From NCBI GenBank assembly GCA_028282935.1, contig JANQGU010000093.1, forward strand, positions 1 to 63,277: 63,277 nucleotides of DNA. The letters are read 5' to 3'. The notes under the pieces are model-generated. The model was not told the origin of the DNA and did not search any database. It saw only the letters and a list, made by a program, of their open reading frames with translations. The position numbers were made by a program, and so were the translations under genes. Shown piece by piece: positions 54,011 to 63,277 of this stretch. The stretch's first letter is position 1. Every line of letters begins with the position of its first letter. Origin of the DNA: Kiloniellales bacterium. Lineage in GTDB: Bacteria; Pseudomonadota; Alphaproteobacteria; Kiloniellales; JAKSBE01.

Positions 54011-55921
54011 ATGATTGCTCCTTTACCCGACGCGCTCGACCGTTCCTGGTCCCTGACCGTTCGGCGGCGCCGCCTCCTCTTTGCCCTGCTGGTCGGCCTG
54101 ACCGTCGCCGCGGCGGTCTTCGTCATGGCCCGGATCCTTCTGGGCGACGGCCTCAACCTCTTCGAAGCGGGGATCCTCGGCTGCTTCGTGATGACCATCC
54201 CCTGGATCGCGATCGGCTTCTGGAACTCGGTCATCGGCGTGATCCTGGCCCTGGGCGGCCGCGGCGTCGAGAAGACCAGCCCCTTCATGTCCCGGGTCGA
54301 CCGCACGGCGCCGATCGGGACCCGGACCGCCCTGATCATGCCGATCTACAACGAGGATCCGGCACGGGTCTTCGAGCACATCGAGAGGATCCTCGGCTCG
54401 CTCGACGAGACCGGCGAGGCCCGCCACTTCGAGTTCTTCCTGCTGAGCGACACCAACAAGCCGGAGATCGCGGCCGAGGAAGAGCGCCGCTTCGCCGAGC
54501 TCTCGGCCCGCGACCCGCGGCCGGGGCGCCTGCACTACCGGCGGCGCCCGGACAACGTCGGCCAGAAGGCCGGGAACGTCCGGGACTTCTGCGAACGCTG
54601 GGGCGAGCGCTTCGACTTCATGATCGTGCTCGACGCCGACAGCATCATGACCGGCGGCAGCCTGCTCAACCTGGTCCGGACCATGCAGGCCAACCCGCGG
54701 CTCGGCATCCTGCAGACCCTGATCGCCGGCCTGCCGGCGCGCAGCGCCTTCGCCCGCATCTTCCAGTTCGGGATGCGCCAAGGCATGCGGACCTACACCA
54801 TGGGCAGCGCCTGGTGGCTGGGCGAGGACGGACCCTATTGGGGCCATAACGCGATCATCCGGGTCGCGCCCTTCATCGCCCATTGCGACCTGCCGGTCCT
54901 GCCGGGACGGGCGCCGCTGGGCGGCCGGATCCTGAGCCACGACCAGGTCGAGGCGGCGATGATCCGCCGCGGCGGCTACGAGGTCCGCGTCCTGCCCGCC
55001 GAGACGGGCAGCTACGAGGAGAACCCGCCGACGATCCTCGACTTCATCAAGCGCGACCTGCGCTGGTGCCAGGGCAACATGCAGTACTTCAAGCTGCTCC
55101 GCATGCCCGGCCTCCTGCCGATGGGCCGCCTGCAGCTGGTCCTGGCGATCCTGATGTACGCCTCGTCGCTGTTCTGGCTGGGCTTCCTGACCCTGAGCCT
55201 GGGCCAGGCGGTCGTCTTCGGCCTCGGCGCCGATCCCGGCGAGATCGCGCCGCTGGTCGGGACCTACTGGGGCAGCATCGATGCCGGCGCGGGCCTCGCC
55301 TTCTTCGTGGTGATGCTGGGCATGACCTTCACGCCCAAGTTCCTGGGCGTCATCGAGATCATGGCCCAGAGGACCAAGCGGCGGAGCTACGGCGGCAGCC
55401 TCCGGCTCCTGGTCAGCGCCCTGGTGGAGTTCGTCTTCTCGGTGCTGATCGCCCCGATCCTGGCGGTGGTGCACAGCATCTTCATCATCGGCCTGATGTT
55501 CGGCCGCTGCGTCACCTGGGAAGCCCAGGACCGTGACGGCCACCAGATCGGCCTTCGGGAGGCGGCCTCCGCCTTCTGGCCCCAGACCCTCGCCGGCCTG
55601 GGCTGGACCGGCGCGCTGGCCCTGACGGCCCCCAGCGTGCTGCCCTTCGCCTCGCCGATCCTGATCCCCTTGACCTTTGCGATACCTTTTGCCCTGATCA
55701 CCTCTCGTATGGATTTCGGCCGACTGCTCGCCCGCGTGCAGCTCTGCCCCATGCCCGAGGAGCTGATGCAGAGCAAGCGGATCGTCTTCGGCCAGGCCAG
55801 GCCGTCCCTGGCCGGCACCGGCGTCGAGGGCGTGCCGATCGTGGCCGAGGCGAGCCGGCAGGCGCCGGCCGCGGCCCTGGTGCGGACGCCGGAACAGACA
55901 GCGGACGGACGCTGGATATGA
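54011..55921 (+). CDS. opgH: Osmoregulated periplasmic glucan glucosyltransferase (OpgH/MdoH, GT2)
   Basis: Motifs are MPIYNED, LDADS, the RWCQGN-type motif (DLRWCQGNMQ) and flanking TM segments. An alternative start is the TTG at 54002. Confidence 0.85.
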   Translation: MIAPLPDALDRSWSLTVRRRRLLFALLVGLTVAAAVFVMARILLGDGLNLFEAGILGCFVMTIPWIAIGFWNSVIGVILALGGRGVEKTSPFMSRVDRTAPIGTRTALIMPIYNEDPARVFEHIERILGSLDETGEARHFEFFLLSDTNKPEIAAEEERRFAELSARDPRPGRLHYRRRPDNVGQKAGNVRDFCERWGERFDFMIVLDADSIMTGGSLLNLVRTMQANPRLGILQTLIAGLPARSAFARIFQFGMRQGMRTYTMGSAWWLGEDGPYWGHNAIIRVAPFIAHCDLPVLPGRAPLGGRILSHDQVEAAMIRRGGYEVRVLPAETGSYEENPPTILDFIKRDLRWCQGNMQYFKLLRMPGLLPMGRLQLVLAILMYASSLFWLGFLTLSLGQAVVFGLGADPGEIAPLVGTYWGSIDAGAGLAFFVVMLGMTFTPKFLGVIEIMAQRTKRRSYGGSLRLLVSALVEFVFSVLIAPILAVVHSIFIIGLMFGRCVTWEAQDRDGHQIGLREAASAFWPQTLAGLGWTGALALTAPSVLPFASPILIPLTFAIPFALITSRMDFGRLLARVQLCPMPEELMQSKRIVFGQARPSLAGTGVEGVPIVAEASRQAPAAALVRTPEQTADGRWI

Positions 55922-57195
55922 GCCAAACGCCAAGCCGCGAGAGGAGCGAACGGGACGTCCGTCTGGACTTCTTCCGCGGCTTGGCGATGTTCATCATCTT
56001 CATCGCCCACGTCCCGGCAAATCCCTGGGGCCGCTTCATCCCGGCCAAGTTCGGGCCCTCGGACGCGACCGAGATCTTCGTCTTCTGCTCCGGCTTCGCC
56101 TCCGCGCTGGCCTTCGGCAGCGTCTTCGTCAAGCGGGGCTTCTTCCTGGGCGCGGCGCGCATCATCTTCCGCGCCTGGCAGATCTACTGGGCCCACATCT
56201 GCCTCTTCCTGATGACCGCGAGCGTCGTCGTCCTGGGCACCGAGTACATCGCCATCAAGGACTACATCGGGCGGCTCAACCTCCATTACTTCTTCGACGA
56301 CCCGGCCAAGGGCGTCGTTCACCTTCTGACCCTGACCTACGTCCCGAACTACTTCGACATCCTGCCGATGTACTTCGGGGTGCTGATGATGATCCCGCTG
56401 GTCATGGCGCTGAGCCGGGTCCATCCCTGGCTGGCGATGGGCTTCTGCCTGGCGCTGTGGAGCCTCAACATGGCCCTGGGCTTCAACCTGCCAGCGGAGT
56501 GGTGGTCGGACCGGCCCTGGTTCTTCAACCCCTTCGGTTGGCAGCTCATCTTCTTCACCGGCTTCGCCTTCGCGTCGGGCTGGATCCGGCCGCCGGCGCC
56601 GAACAAGTGGCTGATCGGCCTGGCCCTCGCCTTCGTCCTGTTCATGATCCCGATGAAGTACGGCCCGATCTGGAAGAACGTCGAGGTCATCAACGCCATG
56701 AGCTACAGCCTGCTCTGGGGCTTCCAGAAGACCGACTTCGGCTTCCTGCGCTGGGTCCATTTCCTGGCTCTGGCCTACCTGGCGCTCTGCCTGCTGTCGG
56801 GCCGCGAGCAGGTCCTCAAGGCCGCCGCCTTCAAGCCGATCGTCAAGGTCGGCCAGCAGGCCCTCGCGGTCTTCGTCACCTCGATGGTGGCGGCGCAGGC
56901 CGGCGGCATGCTCCTGGATGTGATGGGCCGCGATCCGCTCGACTTCCTGGTCGTCAACCTCGGCGGCTTCGCCCTGCTGATCGCGGTGGCCTACACCGTG
57001 GGCTTCTTCAAGTCGGCGCCCTGGCAGCGCAAGCCGCAGCCGCAGCCGCCGCGCCTGGAGGTCGCGCCGGCGTCGGTTCCGGTCGCCGAGCCGGGCGGCG
57101 AGGACTCCAAGCCCGAGCCCACGGCCAAGCCGGTCGGCCCCCAGCCCACGCCTCTGATCCCGGCCGCACGGCGCCGGCAGCACCAGCGCCGCTGA
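55918..57195 (+). CDS. opgC: OpgC family acyl(succinyl)transferase membrane protein
   Basis: DFFRGLAMFIIFIAHVP, a multi-TM protein, with ATGA overlap to opgH. Confidence 0.8.
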   Translation: MSQTPSRERSERDVRLDFFRGLAMFIIFIAHVPANPWGRFIPAKFGPSDATEIFVFCSGFASALAFGSVFVKRGFFLGAARIIFRAWQIYWAHICLFLMTASVVVLGTEYIAIKDYIGRLNLHYFFDDPAKGVVHLLTLTYVPNYFDILPMYFGVLMMIPLVMALSRVHPWLAMGFCLALWSLNMALGFNLPAEWWSDRPWFFNPFGWQLIFFTGFAFASGWIRPPAPNKWLIGLALAFVLFMIPMKYGPIWKNVEVINAMSYSLLWGFQKTDFGFLRWVHFLALAYLALCLLSGREQVLKAAAFKPIVKVGQQALAVFVTSMVAAQAGGMLLDVMGRDPLDFLVVNLGGFALLIAVAYTVGFFKSAPWQRKPQPQPPRLEVAPASVPVAEPGGEDSKPEPTAKPVGPQPTPLIPAARRRQHQRR

Positions 57196-57271
57196 GCCCG
57201 CCGGAAGGCGTGCTTTCCCAGGCACCGACACGCTAACCTGAAGCTGCGCCGAGGCAGCTTCGGGAGCCAGA

Positions 57272-58735
57272 ATGCGAACCCCGCAGAGCAGATCCGGCGG
57301 CCCCGCCCGCCGGGCCGGGCCGCCGAGCGAGGTCGTCGTCGCCGGGGCCGGTCCGGCCGGGGTCCTGACCGCGGTCCTGCTGGTCCGCCTCGGCTTGGAG
57401 GTGCTGCTCCTGACCGGCGGCCGGCAGCGGCCCCGGATCGAGGGCCTGTCGCAGCGGGTGGTCGAGACCCTGAAGGCCCAGGGCCTGGACCGGGCCGCCG
57501 CGGCGGTCGGCCCGCCGCTGCCCCGCGAGGTCCTCTGGAACGGCGAGGCCGGCGCCCGCAACCTGGAGCACGTCACCGCCCGCGCGCCCTTCGACGCCGC
57601 TTTGCTGCGCGACGCCGAGGCTTCGGGCGTCCGCGTCCGGGAGGCGCGGCAGCTGGCGGTCGGGCCGGGGCCCGAGGGGGCGGTGGTCGACTACCTCTGC
57701 GCCGAGGGCCGCGCCGTCCGGGAAGAGGCACGGCTTTTCGTCGAGGCCCGGGGCCGCGCCGCGCCCGGCGCCAAGGCCCGCCAGACCCGCGGTCCGGAGA
57801 CGACCGCGATCACCCGCCGAATCGTCGGGGCCGAGCGCCGGGCGGGCACGGCCTTGGAGAGCTTCCGCGACGGCTGGGCCTGGTACGTCGCCGACGGCGA
57901 GGCGGCCTTCCTGCAGATCTTCGTCGACAGCGGCGAGGGCCTGCCCAAGCGCGCGGCGCTGCCGGCCTTCTTCGACCGCGCGGCGGCCCGGCTGCCGCTG
58001 ATCGGCGGCGCGATCGGCGCCGGGCGGGCCCAGGGCGCGGTGACGACCCGCAACGCCACGCCCTACCTGACCCGGGACCTGATGGCGCCCGGCCGGCTGC
58101 GCGTCGGCGACGCGGCCCTGGCGATCGATCCGCTCTCCGGCCACGGGGTCTTCCAGGCCCTGGGCTCGGCCCTGGCCGCGGCGGCGGTGGCGAACACCCT
58201 GCTCCGCCGGCCCGAGCGCGGGGCCCTGGCCCGGCGCTTCTATCTCGAGCGCGCCGAGACCGGCTTCCTGCGCGCCTGCCGGACCGGCCGCGACTTCTAT
58301 GCCCTCGAGACCCGCTGGCCGGAGCGGCCCTTCTGGCGCGCCCGGGCCGCCTGGCCGGACCGGACGCCGGCCCATCCGCCGGCGACCGCGGAGGGCGTTG
58401 CGGTGGTGCCGCGTCCGGTGGTGGAGGCCGGCCTGATCGCCGAGCGCCGGGTCGTGGTCACGCCGGACCAGCCGCGCGGCATCTGGCGGGTCGACGAGGC
58501 GCCGCTGGCCGAGCTGATCGACCTGCTGCGCGACCGCGAGGGCCGCCCCCTCGCCGACTGCGCCGCCGAGATCGCCGGCCGCCTGGCGGTCACGGAAGGC
58601 CAGCTCGCGACGGCCCTGGACTGGCTGCGGGCGCGCGGCCTGCTCGTCCCCGGCGCGCGGGTCCGGCTGCAGGGCGCGGCCAAGTCTCCGGGCGAGGGCG
58701 CCGCGCCGCGACCTGAGGTCGCCTCGCCAGGGTGA
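57272..58735 (+). CDS. qhpG: FAD-dependent monooxygenase, QhpG-like (Trp hydroxylase for CTQ cofactor biogenesis)
   Basis: It has the dinucleotide fold VVVAGAGPAGVLTAVLL and GDAALAIDPLSGHG. It sits at the end of the qhp cluster but on the opposite strand. Confidence 0.65.
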   Translation: MRTPQSRSGGPARRAGPPSEVVVAGAGPAGVLTAVLLVRLGLEVLLLTGGRQRPRIEGLSQRVVETLKAQGLDRAAAAVGPPLPREVLWNGEAGARNLEHVTARAPFDAALLRDAEASGVRVREARQLAVGPGPEGAVVDYLCAEGRAVREEARLFVEARGRAAPGAKARQTRGPETTAITRRIVGAERRAGTALESFRDGWAWYVADGEAAFLQIFVDSGEGLPKRAALPAFFDRAAARLPLIGGAIGAGRAQGAVTTRNATPYLTRDLMAPGRLRVGDAALAIDPLSGHGVFQALGSALAAAAVANTLLRRPERGALARRFYLERAETGFLRACRTGRDFYALETRWPERPFWRARAAWPDRTPAHPPATAEGVAVVPRPVVEAGLIAERRVVVTPDQPRGIWRVDEAPLAELIDLLRDREGRPLADCAAEIAGRLAVTEGQLATALDWLRARGLLVPGARVRLQGAAKSPGEGAAPRPEVASPG

Positions 58736-58778
58736 AAGGTCGAGCCGCCGCGAGTAGCAAGGCGTGCTGATCAGGGAC

Positions 58779-59473
58779 TCACCTGGCCGGGCTTGCCTGC
58801 CCGCCCGCCACGCGCTCCGGCCCGCTGTAGGCCGCCGCGGCACGGAAATGCGCCAGAACCGCCTCGGCCTTGACATCGGGCCGCTCCAGCAGCAGGCGGG
58901 CGGCCAGGCCGGTGAAGTGCGCCGCCGCCGCGCTGGCCCCGGAGATGGCGCCGCCGCCCCGCTCCGGCGAGGCGCACCAGGTTCCGAGGTCGGCCTGGCG
59001 GCCCTGCAGGTCCGAGACCTCGCCCGCGAGGCAGCGGGCGTCCCCGGTGACCGCCAGCACGCCGGGGTAGGCGGCGGGGAAGCAGGGCGGCCCCTGGGCC
59101 GGCGCCGCCGCGACCAGCAGGATATCGCGCGCCGCGGCGGCCCGGCAGGCCGCCCTCAGGACCGCGCGGTCGGCCCGGAGCCCGAAGCTCATGTTGACCA
59201 GCGCGACCCCCTGGCCGCGGAGCCAGTCCAGGCCGGCGGCCACCAGCGCCGGGCTGGTCGTGAAACGCGCGCCGAAGACCTGGGCGTGGATGACCCTGGC
59301 CTCGGGCGCCGCGGCGCTGATCAGGCGGCCGACCGCGCTGCCGTGGCCGAGCCGGTCGTCGAGGCCCTCGCGCGTCTCGACGCCGCCCTCCGCGCCGGCC
59401 AGGAAGCGGCGGCCCGGGTGGCCCGCCGCCGCGACGGCGCCGCTGTCGACGATGCCGATGCGCAGCGCGCCGC

Positions 59474-59477
<4 letters not shown>
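58779..59477 (-). CDS. qhpE: Small subtilisin-like serine protease, QhpE-like
   Basis: It is 232 aa. The Asp/His/Ser contexts are IVDSG, GHGSAV and GASAAAAHFTG. It has ATGA overlap with the ABC exporter gene. Confidence 0.75.
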
Positions 59478-61225
<1,748 letters not shown>

Positions 61226-61233
61226 CTAGATGC

Positions 61234-61272
61234 CTCCTCCCCCTTGATGGGGGAGGATCGAGGAGGGGGTGG
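61234..61272. repeat. Family A repeat, right-arm-type half copy (A6a)
   Basis: CCTCCTCCCCCTTGATGGGGGAGGATCGAGGAGGGGGTGG lies directly upstream of the qhpF start codon. Its complement provides GGAGGAGG 8 nt before the ATG. Confidence 0.8.
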
Positions 61273-61323
61273 CGGCCGCTAGGCCGCAAGACGGCTCAGC
61301 ATCATCGAGCCTCGGGCAAACAA

Positions 61324-61361
61324 TACCCCCCACCCCACCCTCCCCCTCAAGGGGGGAGGGA
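61324..61361. repeat. Family A repeat, left-arm-type half copy (A6b)
   Basis: TACCCCCCACCCCACCCTCCCCCTCAAGGGGGGAGGGA. It lies to the right of the right-arm-type half, which is the reverse of the order in all other copies. Confidence 0.8.
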
Positions 61362-61447
61362 GTTAAGCGCTTCCTCGTCATCGAGTGGTCGGCCGAATCC
61401 ATGGCGAGTACTGCCCCCAGGAGGGCCCCAACCGAAGTGCAAGACCC

Positions 61448-62545
61448 TCAGCGCCGGATGACGCGGAGGGTGGCCAGGGCCTGGTTGGCGCCGCCGGGCA
61501 TCTCGATGCTGCCGAGCTTCTTCAGGGTCTCGGCGTCGTAAACGGCGATGTCGGACATGGTGCCGCCGACGTAGACCTCCTTGCCGTCGCTGGAGATGTT
61601 GACCGCGTAGTAGCTGTGGTCCAGCTCGACCCGGCCCAGGGGCTTGCCCTGGGCGGCGTCGAGCTTGCTGAGGTTGTTGTAGACGCCGTAGAGCAGGTCC
61701 GGGTTGGTCGGGCTGACCACGGTCGAGAAGTAGAAGATGTCGGTGTTCTCGACCTCCTTGAGCTTGAAGTCGCCGCTGTCCAGGTCGAGGGTCAGGAGCC
61801 CGGTCCAATAGGCCGCGGGGTCCTCGAGGCTCATGTCCGAGCGCGCCGTGTAGTAGGGGGTCGAGAAGACGCCGGCCTGTTCCCACTGGCTCCAGACCGA
61901 GAGGATGTCCGGCGGATAGAACTCGGCCCGGTCCCAGCCCTGGGTCTTGTGCTCGGCGATGACGTCGCCGGTCGCGGGATCGATGACGTGGACCGCCCGG
62001 CCCAGGCCGTAGAGCCTGGAGCCGTCCTTGGCGTACATCAGGATCGTGACCTGCCGCGGCGCCGGGATCGAGCGCAGGCGCTGGGCGCCCTTGCCGGCCC
62101 CGGTGTCGAAGAAGGAGATCCGGGTCGGCAGGACCTGGTACTCGCCGAGCTCCAGCCGGACCGGGGATTCATAGACCGCCAGCGTCTTGCCGTCGGGCGA
62201 GATGTCCATGCCGAACATGACCTTCGCGCGTTCCCGCTCGCTGGAGAGATCGGCGCGGAAGACCTCCTCGCCGCTCTCCAGGTCGATGCCGGAGACGCTT
62301 TCCCAGCGGTTGACGACGACGTAGGCGGTCTTGCCGTCCGGCGACGGCGTGATGGTCACCGGGCCGGGCGCCGCCTGGGGAATGGTGTGGACCTTGTCGA
62401 CCTGCCGGGCCGCGGCATCGACCACGACCAGCTTGTCCGGCTTGAGCCCGGTCAGCAGGTAGTCCTTGGCTCGGGCGTCCTGAGCGCCGCCGAGGGCGAA
62501 GCCTGCGGCCAGGGCCAGGGCGGCGGCCGTCGTGAGCGTCTTCAT
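61448..62545 (-). CDS. qhpB: Quinohemoprotein amine dehydrogenase beta subunit (beta-propeller)
   Basis: It has a signal peptide (MKTLTTAAALALAAGFALGGAQDA), is 365 aa with a propeller-like repeat pattern, and lies immediately after qhpC. Confidence 0.75.
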   Translation of the reverse strand: MKTLTTAAALALAAGFALGGAQDARAKDYLLTGLKPDKLVVVDAAARQVDKVHTIPQAAPGPVTITPSPDGKTAYVVVNRWESVSGIDLESGEEVFRADLSSERERAKVMFGMDISPDGKTLAVYESPVRLELGEYQVLPTRISFFDTGAGKGAQRLRSIPAPRQVTILMYAKDGSRLYGLGRAVHVIDPATGDVIAEHKTQGWDRAEFYPPDILSVWSQWEQAGVFSTPYYTARSDMSLEDPAAYWTGLLTLDLDSGDFKLKEVENTDIFYFSTVVSPTNPDLLYGVYNNLSKLDAAQGKPLGRVELDHSYYAVNISSDGKEVYVGGTMSDIAVYDAETLKKLGSIEMPGGANQALATLRVIRR

Positions 62546-62567
62546 CGCACGATCCTCCTGCAGCCGA

Positions 62568-62891
62568 TCAGGTGTCTTCCGGGAACACCGACTGCAGCTT
62601 GCGCCAGTCGCGCTGCGCCGCCGGGGCGTCGGCGTTCCAGTTCGGATAGCTGTTCAGCGTGTCGGCGACCTGGGCCGGCCACCAGCAGGGATCGGAGCAG
62701 CCGTAGAGATCGGCCTCCATGGGCTGGCAGAGCGCGGCGACGCCGCCGAAGGCATCGACCTCCCACCCCGGGTCCAGGGTGGCGGTGCAGCCGACCATGG
62801 TCTGCATCAGCCGGACCTCCTCCTCGCGCCCTTCCTCGGCTGCCTCGGTGAGCTGCCGCGCCTTGGCGTTGATGGGTTTCAGATGCTTCAT
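62568..62891 (-). CDS. qhpC: Quinohemoprotein amine dehydrogenase gamma subunit precursor (CTQ- and thioether-bearing peptide)
   Basis: It is 107 aa with an N-terminal charged leader and then four Cys in an Asp/Glu/Trp-rich core ([14 protein letters not shown]...[23 protein letters not shown]). It has ATGA overlap with the radical-SAM gene. Confidence 0.8.
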   Translation of the reverse strand: MKHLKPINAKARQLTEAAEEGREEEVRLMQTMVGCTATLDPGWEVDAFGGVAALCQPMEADLYGCSDPCWWPAQVADTLNSYPNWNADAPAAQRDWRKLQSVFPEDT

Positions 62892-63277
62892 GGCGTCATC
62901 CTCCGTGGCTCCACATGGCGTCGCAGGAAGCCGGGGTTGTGTTGCAGGATGGTCGAATAGGCCTCGATGCCGAAGTCGACCCAGTCCCGCATCAGCTCGC
63001 AGTAGTGCCAGACCGGCGAATGCGGGTCCTCGTAACGGGCGTAGGATTCGTGATAGCAGCCGCCGGCGCAGAGGTTGCGGATGCGGCAGGTGCCGCAGGC
63101 GCGCGCCGACTTGTCCTGGGCCTGCTCGATGAAGGCGCCCAGGCTACCCGCCTCGATGCCGGTCTCGACGTTGCCGAAGGTCGGCAGCTTGGAGCCGGTG
63201 AAGCGGTGGCAGAGGTGCAGGTCGCCTTCCTTGCCGACCGCCAGCATGCCCAGGCCGGCACCGCAGGGCACCGCCTT
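62888..63277 (-). CDS. qhpD: Radical SAM/SPASM maturase, QhpD-like (C-terminal 129 aa only; 5' part outside window)
   Basis: It has a SPASM Cys-rich C-terminus (CGAG...LHLCHRF...[20 protein letters not shown]). The frame is open to the window edge. Confidence 0.75.
   Translation of the reverse strand, partial: KAVPCGAGLGMLAVGKEGDLHLCHRFTGSKLPTFGNVETGIEAGSLGAFIEQAQDKSARACGTCRIRNLCAGGCYHESYARYEDPHSPVWHYCELMRDWVDFGIEAYSTILQHNPGFLRRHVEPRRMTP

Overview
High-GC (roughly 68-70 %) chromosomal segment whose gene content and intergenic repeats look alphaproteobacterial (inference). I support about 58 protein genes. I recognised no rRNA, tRNA, CRISPR array, transposase, integrase or phage genes. Most long ORFs in the track are GC-driven shadow frames.

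Gene order:
- 1-2.7 kb: GST (5' partial), then a secreted PQQ-type aldose dehydrogenase with a partner cytochrome c.
- 2.9-9.6 kb, minus strand: sugar ABC importer operon ending in an aldo/keto reductase and an amidohydrolase-type lactonase.
- 9.9-10.6 kb: divergent Crp/Fnr regulator, with an FNR-like box upstream.
- 10.7-23.3 kb, minus strand: 13 co-directional genes. They are a fused flavin monooxygenase/OYE reductase (2-aminobenzoyl-CoA or salicylyl-CoA type), SDR, MarR, crotonase, acyl-CoA dehydrogenase, aryl-CoA ligase, RidA and a LivKHMGF-type importer.
- 23.6-25.5 kb: three-gene operon of a small His/Cys-rich secreted protein, a HupE/UreJ-type membrane protein and a membrane-anchored beta-domain protein.
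- 25.9-31.2 kb: Dpp/Opp-type peptide ABC importer.
- 31.4-39.1 kb: regulator-less island. A TRAP transporter and a PhyH dioxygenase are divergent from a beta-hydroxyacid dehydrogenase, a TIM-barrel isomerase and a second PhyH dioxygenase.
- 39.3-44.5 kb: CHRD protein, small Mo-oxidoreductase-like protein, kbl-tdh, and a bifunctional ManC-type gene.
- 44.6-53.5 kb: the most interesting region. It holds a creatininase-family gene and a divergent pair of a GTP cyclohydrolase II (with a degenerate RibB-like N-domain) and a RibD_C-only reductase. It also holds a tightly packed operon of FkbM methyltransferase, BchC-like MDR dehydrogenase, atypical PTPS/QueD T-fold protein, GT4 glycosyltransferase and SAM methyltransferase, preceded by a CDP-alcohol phosphatidyltransferase fused in frame to a YceI domain. 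I read this as a candidate uncharacterised pathway for a modified GTP-derived (pteridine-like) metabolite, possibly lipid-associated.
- 54.0-57.2 kb: opgH-opgC.
- 57.3 kb to the window end: maturation and structural genes of quinohemoprotein amine dehydrogenase (qhpG, inverted; then qhpE, F, B, C and a 3' fragment of qhpD).

Two families of ~100-bp G/C-rich nested-palindrome repeats, and one composite hairpin element, occupy intergenic sites. Some lie inside operons.
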